This document shows positions 18,119 through 25,578 of a DNA stretch of 25,578 nucleotides, piece by piece. The DNA lies in contig JBDRQF010000042.1 in NCBI GenBank assembly GCA_043826435.1, positions 1-25,578 on the forward strand. Reading direction: 5' to 3'. The first letter of the stretch is position 1, and every line of letters starts with the position of its first letter. Both the position numbers and the translations under genes were made by a program. The DNA is from Elusimicrobiota bacterium. Its GTDB lineage: Bacteria > Elusimicrobiota > Endomicrobiia > CG1-02-37-114 > JAHJSO01. The notes under the pieces were generated by a model. The model was not told where the DNA came from and did no database searches. It was given only the letters and a program-made list of their open reading frames with translations.

Positions 18119-20174
18119 CCTCAATGTCGTCCGTCCGCCTGCATTCCGGCAGTGATTCAATAAACCATCTTCCGTAATATCTGGTTTTTATGCGGGGGTC
18201 CAAAATCGCAACCACCCCGCGGTCCGTCTTTGTTCTTATAAGACGACCAAACCCCTGCTTAAGCATTATTATCGCCTGTGGCAACTGATAATTCAGGAAA
18301 GGGTCCCTGCCCGATTTTGCAAGAAATTCCATTTTCGCTTCGGTAACGGGGTTGTCCGGCACTGCAAAGGGCAACTTAAAAATTATTACGCACTCAAGGG
18401 CGCTGCCTGGCACGTCAACACCCTGCCAGAAAGTATGCACTCCAAGCAACACCTTGCCGGTTTCTGCCCCCGTGTTTGCGCCCAAGCCCGTGCCTTTTTT
18501 AGAGCCGCCTGACATCCTGCCCGTCGGTATTGCGCCGTCTCCTTCCGCCCCCACGCTTTTTCCGCCTTTCTTGAACTCACTCATCATTTTCCATCGAGGC
18601 ATCTCACCCTGTTTCATCAGATGAACCCAGCCGGGTTTTCCGGTGAATTTTTCGTCCAGATATGCGTGCGTCTGTTCAAGCGTATCATAACTTGTGAAAA
18701 GGACGAACGTCCTGCCGCCGGTTATTTCAAGGATTTCTCCCGCACGGCGGGTAGCCGCGCCCCTGAATTTTTCATTCTCAATAGACGGGTCGGGGATGTC
18801 ACCGGGCACGTACATTAGAGCGTTGTTTTTGTAATCAAAAGGGGAGTCCAGCATTATTTCAACCGGGCTGTCCAGCCCGAGCCGGTGTTTTATAAAATCA
18901 AACGTCTTGTTTATGGATAAAGTCGCCGAGGTGAGTATCGCCGTCTCAATTTTATCAAAAACGCTGTTTTTCATAAGGAATGATATGTCAACCGGAACGG
19001 CATGCAACTCCACCCTTGTATATTTTATCTTCGGCTTGATGTCCACCCAGTAAACGAAATCGTCCTGCGACTGTTCCGTGAACAGTTTAATCCCGTTTGA
19101 AACGGCCAGCACCCTGTCTGAGTATGCCTGCAGTTCCAGACGCGAATCGTCATCTTCCGTCTCAGAAAAAGCGATTTTCATGTTCCGGTAAAGGCGTGCA
19201 ATCGGTTCGTCAAGGAAGTTTTCAAAAAAGTTTGCGGAGCGGATTCTCCTGGTGGACGCCCTCGCCCCCAATTCGTCAATGATGTTGGAAAAATACGCTT
19301 CCGAAACATCACGCAGGTTTTTGACTGCCCGGATTATTTCCAATTTCAGTTCACCGTCAATGTCTTTCAGTCGCGTCAATACCCCCTTTTGCGTCCTCTC
19401 CGCATAAATGTGGTCAAGCAGGTACAGGATGCCCCCGTTTGATATTTCCATCCCGAGGTATTCGGTGGCGATGTCCTCTATGTTCTGGGCTTCATCAAAC
19501 ACGGCGACATTATACAACGGCAGTACCTTTCCCGCAGACGCAATGTTCGCAAAAAACAGGTGGTGGTTAACGACAAGCAGGTCCGCCTTTGACTGGAACA
19601 ACCGCGCCCTGTTATAAAAGCAGGCGCCGGCATGGCGGCACTTTTTTCCGAGGCACAGGTCCGGCTCGCGACACACCTTTGACCACGTTGTCTTCCCGGG
19701 TTCAAAATCCAGTTCAAGACGGAGACCCGTCGTGGTTGTGTCTTTCCAGTCGGAAATTTTGCTTATTTCCCTGACTTCCCGCGGGGAGTCAAAAAGCCCG
19801 TGCTGGTAGGCCTGGGCGAGCCGCCTCAGGCAGATATAATTCTGACTGCCGACGCAAAGGGCGTATTCAAAATCAATGCCGAGGGCTTCTTTCAAAAACG
19901 GTATGTCCTTGTTTGTAAGTTGTTCCTGCAGCGTTTTCGTGTAGGTTGAGACGACGGCCTTTTTCTTTTTTTCCACGGCATGATAAATAAGGGGAACAAG
20001 GTAGGCGAGGGTTTTGCCGGTCCCGGTGCCCGCCTCAATTATCAGATGTTTTCCCGTCTGAAAAATCTTTTGGATTTCCTCAGCCATTCTGGCCTGCTGA
20101 GGGCGGGTCTCGTAACCGGGGAGCGCCTTAGAGATGTGCCCGTCGGGTGAGAAGATATTTTTTATGTCCGGCAT
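18075..20174 (-). CDS. dinG: DinG/YoaA family ATP-dependent Fe-S DNA helicase
   Basis: ETRPQQ (Q motif), EAGTGTGKT, NYIC..C.GKKC..CFY (Fe-S), NHHLFF, DEAQ, TSATL, SPFDY, LFTSY, FWQGVDVPG and QGFGRLIR..DRG. Confidence 0.92.
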   Translation of the reverse strand: MPDIKNIFSPDGHISKALPGYETRPQQARMAEEIQKIFQTGKHLIIEAGTGTGKTLAYLVPLIYHAVEKKKKAVVSTYTKTLQEQLTNKDIPFLKEALGIDFEYALCVGSQNYICLRRLAQAYQHGLFDSPREVREISKISDWKDTTTTGLRLELDFEPGKTTWSKVCREPDLCLGKKCRHAGACFYNRARLFQSKADLLVVNHHLFFANIASAGKVLPLYNVAVFDEAQNIEDIATEYLGMEISNGGILYLLDHIYAERTQKGVLTRLKDIDGELKLEIIRAVKNLRDVSEAYFSNIIDELGARASTRRIRSANFFENFLDEPIARLYRNMKIAFSETEDDDSRLELQAYSDRVLAVSNGIKLFTEQSQDDFVYWVDIKPKIKYTRVELHAVPVDISFLMKNSVFDKIETAILTSATLSINKTFDFIKHRLGLDSPVEIMLDSPFDYKNNALMYVPGDIPDPSIENEKFRGAATRRAGEILEITGGRTFVLFTSYDTLEQTHAYLDEKFTGKPGWVHLMKQGEMPRWKMMSEFKKGGKSVGAEGDGAIPTGRMSGGSKKGTGLGANTGAETGKVLLGVHTFWQGVDVPGSALECVIIFKLPFAVPDNPVTEAKMEFLAKSGRDPFLNYQLPQAIIMLKQGFGRLIRTKTDRGVVAILDPRIKTRYYGRWFIESLPECRRTDDIEEIRKFFDRQPGDSK

Positions 20175-20196
20175 TTTGAATAAACCTTATAACATG

Positions 20197-21372
20197 TTAT
20201 TGCGGACGCGGGTCTTCGGAGAAAAAATGTTTAACGAACGTTTCAATAAAAACGGCCTCTTCGCCTTTCGGAATCTGCGCCCCGCCGGCAGTGGGATGCC
20301 CGCCTGCGGAGAAGAAATGCACCTCATCCCTTTGCTTGTCAAGTATTGCGGGGATGTTCACCTTTATGTTTTTGCCCGCCCGTATTTCAACGCTTGTTTT
20401 GTCGCTGCTTTCGGACGAGTAGGTTAACACGCACACCTTTTCGGGGAAGATGGCGGAAAGTATCCCCGCGCTTATGCCGGCGGAGTAATGAGGTGACTTG
20501 CTCCTGTAAAAAATAACGGGGGCTGAATCAAAAAACTTTCCCTGTGTCTTTGCCGTTTCAACGGTGTCTTTTATGTCCACCTGAAAATTTTTATACATCT
20601 GCCATGCCCTGTCCATCAGGGGTATGGATTTATCAAAGAGTTTTTCCGGCTTGTCGTCGCGGAAAGCCGTTTCAAGGACTTCAAAAGAAACGTTGGTCCT
20701 CGTGTCGGGACGGTAGAAGAATCCGGAGTTTGTCAGGTAGGTCAAACCGTGAAGCATGTCAACGTAATCCTCGTCGGGTGTCGGCTCAAACAGGAAGGGG
20801 TACGTATTCCGGGTTTTTTCCTTTAATTCGGAGTAGTCGTCAAAACTGTTATCACCCACAAGTCCGCAGGCGGCTAACCATTCGCCCCTTTTACCCTCGG
20901 GGATAGTCCTGTTTGCGAGCGAGTATGCAAAGTATGACGTCGGGTGGGATATATTTTTTTCTACGGCAAGCCGTGGGTTGAAAAAGACCAGGTTGCCGTA
21001 TTCGGGCGCCTGTTTCACTATGTGATGGTCATAGACGAACACCTTCCTGACGTTTTCACACCAGTTATTCAGTATTGATTTTTGAGAATATAAGGACAGG
21101 TCAAGGACAATTAAAACATCGGGGCGGGCTTTCATGACGAGTGCGCTTTCCGTTTCAAGGTCGTATGAAAAGGATGGAGCATAAATTAAGGTCTCGGGGA
21201 ACTTGCCGATTAAGTGTTTCAGCACGTAACTCACGTATACCGCTGATGTGACGCCGTCGGCATCGCCGTGATGGACGAGGCAGATTTTATTTTCCGGCGA
21301 GATGGCTCTGAAGAATCCGGCGCTGCGATCAAGCAGTTGGTCCCAGGTGTACTGTTTTTCTTGTGCGGTCAT
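20197..21372 (-). CDS. DHH family phosphoesterase with DHHA1 domain (RecJ/NrnA-like)
   Basis: HHGDADG, VLDL, YDHH, NP, GLVGD and SAGGHPTAGG. The start is placed at ATG 21372 after AAAGGAA. Confidence 0.88.
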   Translation of the reverse strand: MTAQEKQYTWDQLLDRSAGFFRAISPENKICLVHHGDADGVTSAVYVSYVLKHLIGKFPETLIYAPSFSYDLETESALVMKARPDVLIVLDLSLYSQKSILNNWCENVRKVFVYDHHIVKQAPEYGNLVFFNPRLAVEKNISHPTSYFAYSLANRTIPEGKRGEWLAACGLVGDNSFDDYSELKEKTRNTYPFLFEPTPDEDYVDMLHGLTYLTNSGFFYRPDTRTNVSFEVLETAFRDDKPEKLFDKSIPLMDRAWQMYKNFQVDIKDTVETAKTQGKFFDSAPVIFYRSKSPHYSAGISAGILSAIFPEKVCVLTYSSESSDKTSVEIRAGKNIKVNIPAILDKQRDEVHFFSAGGHPTAGGAQIPKGEEAVFIETFVKHFFSEDPRPQ

Positions 21373-21466
21373 GTCAGTGGTTCCTTTCTTTTGCAATGTC
21401 ATTGCGAGCCCTTCAGGGGCGAAGTTGGTGCGATCCCTTTTTTCATATCGCTAGTCTCTTGCGGAC

Positions 21467-21495
21467 ATTATAACATAAATTTATACTCTAATCAA
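21467..21495 (-). promoter_or_regulatory. Sigma70 promoter with extended -10 for the DHH-helicase operon
   Basis: Minus strand TTGATT (21495-21490), a 17-bp spacer ending TGT, then TATAAT (21472-21467). Confidence 0.7.
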
Positions 21496-21614
21496 GGTAG
21501 GGGCTGATGCCCTTGAGTTCACCGCCGGACTTTTTTCTTATCTTGAAAAATGTAATACCTGCAGAAATTTTTTGCGAGATTATTTTTTTTACCGGGGACG
21601 GGCTCACCGGGAAT

Positions 21615-22676
21615 TTACTGGGCAGGGGATTTTTCAAGGAAAATGTTTCTTGAGATGGGTTTTTCCGTGTCAATAGTGAAGGGAATTTCCATGAGTTCAT
21701 ATCCCTGTTTCCACGCTTTAATTGTATAAGTGCCGTCAGGTAAATCTTTTGAACTATATTGTCCATCAAAATTGGTTGTAAACCGTTGAATTTCCTTGTC
21801 TCCTTTAAAAATTTTGACCAGAGCGACACCAATTGATTTTCCTTTGATATTAACCACTTTACCTTTGATAAATCTACCTGTGAATGGAACTATGACTGGA
21901 ATAAAATTTGTTAATTCGGGTTCGGTCGATTGCTGTTTTTCCATTTTTGTTTCTGGCAGTGGCAATGCTTGTTTTTGTGTTTTTGTTTCCGCTACCGGTT
22001 GTTTTTGCATTTCTGTTTCTTGAACTGGCCGTTGCTGTTTTTCCATTTTTGTTTCTGGCAGTGGTTGTTTTTGTGTTTTTATATCGGCTAATGGTTGTTT
22101 TTGCATTTCTGTTTCTTGAACTGGCCGTTCCTGCAGTTGGATTATCCCAAATAGGTGCTGTTCAGTCCAGGAAGAAGATGCAGTAGCATTTTTTGTGTAG
22201 AGGATGTTTTTTGTTTTCGTGTCGTATATATATGTATATAAATTCATTTCGGCAATCCTTTTCTTCCCATCAATAACGAAGTACCTTTCTTTAAGCTCCA
22301 CAAGACCATAAATCCGTGCCATAACTACAAATTCTAAATCTGCCTCATTTTTACTTGTGAGGGATATTTCATTTTTACGCAGATTTTCAATAATTATTTC
22401 TTCTAATAATAATCCTTCACCTGCTTGACGGAATTCACCTGATGCAGTGGGATATTCAACGTGCCCAGCAATTTTTAGATAAACTTTTTTATTTTTAAGT
22501 ATGTCATAAGGAATTGACAGTTCGGTTACCACCTCATCAATGGATTTGATATATAATCCTTGGTCAATTGCTCCATAGCGTATAGTATGAGCGCAGCCGA
22601 CGACCAATGTTAATACCGCCAAACAAAGAAATTCCAGACACTTCTTTAACATGTTGATATTCCGGCAAGGCGTCAT
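21615..22676 (-). CDS. Hypothetical lipoprotein with a Q/K/E/T-rich repeat linker and C-terminal carboxypeptidase-regulatory-like beta-sandwich
   Basis: Lipobox LVVGC. C-terminal IKGKVVN..GKSI..A.V.....TTNFDGQY...LPDGTYTIKA.K.GY. Start is 22676 (GGGGG RBS) or 22652. Confidence 0.8.
   Translation of the reverse strand: MTPCRNINMLKKCLEFLCLAVLTLVVGCAHTIRYGAIDQGLYIKSIDEVVTELSIPYDILKNKKVYLKIAGHVEYPTASGEFRQAGEGLLLEEIIIENLRKNEISLTSKNEADLEFVVMARIYGLVELKERYFVIDGKKRIAEMNLYTYIYDTKTKNILYTKNATASSSWTEQHLFGIIQLQERPVQETEMQKQPLADIKTQKQPLPETKMEKQQRPVQETEMQKQPVAETKTQKQALPLPETKMEKQQSTEPELTNFIPVIVPFTGRFIKGKVVNIKGKSIGVALVKIFKGDKEIQRFTTNFDGQYSSKDLPDGTYTIKAWKQGYELMEIPFTIDTEKPISRNIFLEKSPAQ
21930..22129. repeat. Nested coding repeat: an approximately 96-102 bp duplication built from approximately 30-bp subunits
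   Basis: Encodes RPVQETEMQKQPLADIKTQKQPLPETKMEKQQ / RPVQETEMQKQPVAETKTQKQALPLPETKMEKQQ. Confidence 0.92.
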
Positions 22677-22754
22677 ATATTTTTACCCCCAAACAACTTA
22701 TCCATTAAGTCCGCATCAGTAAACATTCCAAATCCACTCTTTTACGCACAACGA

Positions 22755-23420
22755 CTATTGTGCTGAAGTAATCTTTTTGAATGATTTTACAAATTTTTTG
22801 GAGTGCATCTTTGACCACTTTTGACTTGAGGTGTGCTTGCGTTGAGTGTAAACTGAGATATCTGGATGGCACGCGGCCAGAAGAGAGCACTTGTGATTGC
22901 CAATCTGCGCTCTCTGCGGATTGTAGGCAGCATCACCGAAGGATGTTTTGCTTGCAATGTTGAATATTTTTCGAAGTCTCTGATACACTGCCTTGTCACC
23001 CAGAGTCACTACTATTTCTGGTCTGACGGTTTCAATCTCTTTGATTAGCCAGTTATTTGCGCAGGTCCTGGCGTTAAAGAAGATCTCTGCTTGACGTTTT
23101 GCTTTCTCATGGTACACATTCTTCGGGTAACGGCACTTGAAAAGGTTAGTAATCCAAAAATCTGATTCCTTCAGATTGAACGGTTTTTTGATGGGAACAA
23201 TATATTGCTCGTGGAGTGCTTTACCGCTCTTGGTAAGTCCGTCAAGCGGTATTCGTTGTCCAAATTCCCAGGACGGATTCTCACCTATAAACATAACTTT
23301 CACCCTTCCACTGAGATAAACAGGAGCCAATGGTGGGTAGTCCTTATTGGCAAAACTGCACTGGCTACAGGATACCATTCCAGATAGTAAGTTTATAATC
23401 ATTGTTTTATCGTTCTTCAT
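22755..23420 (-). CDS. Uracil-DNA glycosylase superfamily protein (family 4/5-like, putative 4Fe-4S), divergent
   Basis: CSQC, KVMFIGENP, WITNLFKCRYP, C..NWLIKEIETVRPEIVVTLG and CHP. Confidence 0.87.
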   Translation of the reverse strand: MKNDKTMIINLLSGMVSCSQCSFANKDYPPLAPVYLSGRVKVMFIGENPSWEFGQRIPLDGLTKSGKALHEQYIVPIKKPFNLKESDFWITNLFKCRYPKNVYHEKAKRQAEIFFNARTCANNWLIKEIETVRPEIVVTLGDKAVYQRLRKIFNIASKTSFGDAAYNPQRAQIGNHKCSLLAACHPDISVYTQRKHTSSQKWSKMHSKKFVKSFKKITSAQ

Positions 23421-23511
23421 GTGATTGCGTGATTTTTTTTATTCATATCTTAAACAGTAGAATACAATCTTGCCATTTTCCCAAACATAAAGTTACTACT
23501 TTCTGTTTCCA

Positions 23512-24011
23512 TTATTCCTCAAAAGGAAACCTATCTTCCTTTTTTAAAGTAGATTCCTGCCATGGCTCGAATAATGTTATATCATTCGCAAAAATTAGGA
23601 AACCAGATGAATACCATCCAACGGGGGCATCTTTGTTTGCTTTAGGCCGAGAAAGACTAATCGCATAATGTCTTTTGCCCGTGTTTGGAGATTTTTCAGT
23701 GTCTATTCGCCAGGTTCCCCGTTCTCGTACTGTTCCCCATGTATTATCAGAGGGCCGGGCGACGTAAAGCAAATATGTTTTATCATTTCTAATCACAAGT
23801 CTAATCCATGGTAGTAGAACTTGTCCCCAGGTCCCATAGGAGAGTGTGGTGGTTGTGTATTTGTCCAAACACCTATAGCTTTTGCCTCATATTCCTTTAT
23901 TTTATTTTGAATACGCTTTGACTTTGGTGCAGCGGACACTGTAAAGACAAACCCATTCCAAATTGCCAGAACCAATAAAATAACTGATGCATAATAGATT
24001 TTAGTTTTCAT
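23512..24011 (-). pseudogene. Hypothetical secreted protein (about 166 aa) split by a 1-bp frameshift near 23810
   Basis: A strong RBS (AAGGAGG) and signal peptide (..VSA-A) begin ORF 24011-23793. The overlapping frame of ORF 23868-23512 continues it if one base is restored (GDKFYY-P-WIRLVIRND). Confidence 0.65.
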
Positions 24012-24058
24012 ACAGATTTTGTCTCCTCCTTAAATGAATAAAATCCGCATTTACACTT

Positions 24059-24946
24059 CTATGTTGCCTTTTCAGAATATGCCGGGAAAATGGCAGTATA
24101 TTCAATGATTGGCTTGAAAAGGAAGCAAGCATATTCTGATGGATGTTTGATATGCCAGGGCCCAACTATAAGGAGAAACTCTGAGTCTATGCGTTGAGTA
24201 TTTTTCAGTTTTTCTTTGATGTGAACAGCGAGTTTTCTGCATTTTTCTGGAAAATATTTATCTTTAACATAAGTAATTAGAACTTTTAACTTAGCATCTA
24301 TACTCTGTAACTTTTCTATTTCTGATTTCAAATCGTCTATATTGTCGCCGTTATTTTCATGCTCCAGGGCAAGATATGTGCCTGACTCGGTTGACCATTT
24401 AAGGTCAATGCCGTAGGGATTTCCAGGGGCAGGTTGAACTTCATAACCCTGTTTGCGGCCCCATTCGGCAAGAAAATCTATAAAGAATTTTGTCCACTTT
24501 GGTGGACCCCATACTGTTTCAAATTTTCGTTTAATATTTGGTGTGGATAGTATTGTTAAAATCAATTCAGAGTACCACCCTTGTGCTGTGTCCTCTGAAG
24601 ACTTTGGAGGACTATCCTGCTTATATGGGTGTTTAACTTTTTTTGTATGTATTTCTGATTTTTTAAGTTTGAACCGATAACTTTGTTTTGGTTTTAGCAC
24701 TTCAATGTCTACGATATCACCGGGAAAGGCTTCGTGATGTTTAAACCAAACTGTTAGACCCGTGATCCTCCTGTTATTTTGTGCATAAATTGCACAATTT
24801 TTAGAAAGATTGGTTTTGCTGTTGTCAAAAAAGATATCTATCATTTTTTGTTTAGTCGGGAAATGTTCATATACTTCTTTGGTAAGTTGTAGAATGCCAT
24901 GTCGGCGATCTACGGGTGTTAGTTTTTGCTTAAGTCTGATAGACAT
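24059..24946 (-). CDS. Hypothetical two-domain protein: putative B3/EcoRII-N-like DNA-binding domain + PD-(D/E)XK-like nuclease
   Basis: 295-aa ORF with GGGGGAA RBS. N-terminal KLTPVD..G.L.L....FP...AIY...RRIT...WF......GDIV, a low-complexity linker, and C-terminal GIDLKW...LALEHEN...EIEKL...KVLITY. The ORF is solid, while the domain calls are by eye. Confidence 0.6.
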   Translation of the reverse strand: MSIRLKQKLTPVDRRHGILQLTKEVYEHFPTKQKMIDIFFDNSKTNLSKNCAIYAQNNRRITGLTVWFKHHEAFPGDIVDIEVLKPKQSYRFKLKKSEIHTKKVKHPYKQDSPPKSSEDTAQGWYSELILTILSTPNIKRKFETVWGPPKWTKFFIDFLAEWGRKQGYEVQPAPGNPYGIDLKWSTESGTYLALEHENNGDNIDDLKSEIEKLQSIDAKLKVLITYVKDKYFPEKCRKLAVHIKEKLKNTQRIDSEFLLIVGPWHIKHPSEYACFLFKPIIEYTAIFPAYSEKAT

Positions 24947-25030
24947 AGTTCCCCCGTCATTTTGTATGATATTCTTCTGAAATCAATGTAACATCTTTAT
25001 ATATTACAGAATCTTTTCACCCCTAAATCC

Positions 25031-25059
25031 ATTATAATATATCTTGCTCTATTTGTCAA
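25031..25059 (-). promoter_or_regulatory. Consensus sigma70 promoter driving the accessory minus-strand genes
   Basis: Minus strand TTGACA (25059-25054), a 17-bp spacer and TATAAT (25036-25031), about 85 nt upstream of ATG 24946. Confidence 0.85.
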
Positions 25060-25209
25060 GTAGTAATGAAAAATTGTCTATGGTAAAAAACGGAGAAATT
25101 TTGTATAAAGGACTACACAGAACAAAAAGTAAGAAAGTTGCCCCATGCGCCCGCAGACGCTGGTAGCAGACCTGTTATCAGCCCTATAAAAACAGGAAGG
25201 AGAAAATAG

Positions 25210-25560
25210 ATGCCCGATATAATGAAGATAATTGGCGAAAACTTAAGAAAATACAGAAAAATCCGTGGTTTTACACAGGAAAAGTTAGTGGGTCAATCTG
25301 ATTTGCACGTGACTTTTATTGCACATATTGAGACAGGCAGAAAGGTTTGCAGTGTTAAGACATTAGTGAAACTGGCAAATGCATTGAAGGTCAAACCTGA
25401 AACACTTATGGTTACTCAGGAAAAATCATCATATATAAAACCGATGGATAAAAAGACGCAGACAATCCTCGCAATGTTCAGGGATATGCCCGATACCCAG
25501 AAAGATATCGTCATTTCTGTTGCAAGGTCAGTTGCCCGCCCGAAGTACCCAAAAGATTAA
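25210..25560 (+). CDS. XRE family (HTH_3) transcriptional regulator
   Basis: IGENLRKYRKIRGFTQEKL...LHVTFIAHIETGRK..SVKTLVKLANALKV. RBS AGGAAGGAG. Confidence 0.92.
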   Translation: MPDIMKIIGENLRKYRKIRGFTQEKLVGQSDLHVTFIAHIETGRKVCSVKTLVKLANALKVKPETLMVTQEKSSYIKPMDKKTQTILAMFRDMPDTQKDIVISVARSVARPKYPKD

Positions 25561-25578
25561 ACGTTAATTTGACCGTAT

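Noticed and set aside
17975..18160. 61-aa minus-strand ORF with repeated KSxNFLxGNPAxAS units next to the radical SAM/SPASM gene, resembling a RiPP precursor
   Set aside because: It overlaps both the helicase and radical SAM genes and has a TTG start without an RBS. It is simply another reading of the 42-bp tandem duplication.
21397..21437. GTCATTGCGAG...CGAAG, reminiscent of short palindromic intergenic repeat elements
   Set aside because: It is a single degenerate copy with no matching inverted end in the window, so it cannot be supported without a genome-wide search.
21466..21495. TTATGTTATAA resembling the XerD arm of a dif site
   Set aside because: There is no XerC arm at the 6-bp spacing. 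The sequence is better explained as an extended -10 promoter.
13261..22129. CRISPR array (tandem repeats at 13261, 18019 and 21930)
   Set aside because: The repeats are head-to-tail without unique spacers, are mostly coding, and have no cas genes nearby.
23421..23446. Upstream ATG that would extend the UDG (MNKKKSRNH-) if the A8 run were A9
   Set aside because: The gene is complete without it and there is no RBS support. It cannot be assessed without reads.
21615..24946. Integron cassette array (unrelated, co-oriented AT-rich genes)
   Set aside because: I found no attC-type RYYYAAC...GTTRRRY palindromes in the spacers, and there is no integrase in the window.
25165..25200. preQ1-I-like riboswitch (CCCTATAAAAAC)
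   Set aside because: There is no complementary 5' P1 strand, and the downstream gene is unrelated to queuosine.

Overview
This is a bacterial window from a diderm (TolC present) and probably anaerobic organism (FeoB, DUF39 homocysteine route). It has three parts. (1) 1-5990 is an AT-rich tetR-tolC-MFP-RND efflux operon in which the RND gene carries a 1-bp frameshift and the adaptor lacks its alpha-hairpin. (2) 6000-21500 is a more GC-rich core. A Fur-boxed fur-feoB-dtxR/feoA iron-uptake operon on + converges on a long minus-strand run: DHH phosphoesterase, DinG/YoaA helicase, radical SAM/SPASM, pabB, pabC-like aminotransferase, DUF4015 glycoside hydrolase, a signal-peptide-bearing tandem SpoVG-like protein, DUF39 aspartate-semialdehyde sulfurtransferase, ferredoxin, iscS and iscU. 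(3) 21500-25578 is an AT-rich accessory block with a repeat-containing lipoprotein, a divergent UDG-superfamily glycosylase, a frameshifted secreted protein, a putative B3/EcoRII-N-like + PD-(D/E)XK nuclease behind a consensus promoter, and a divergently transcribed XRE regulator. The best leads are the candidate nuclease + glycosylase anti-phage module, the apparently exported double-SpoVG protein, and the DUF39-ferredoxin-iscSU sulfur operon. All family calls come from motif recognition by eye, with no database searches. No rRNA, tRNA, CRISPR array or transposase was seen.
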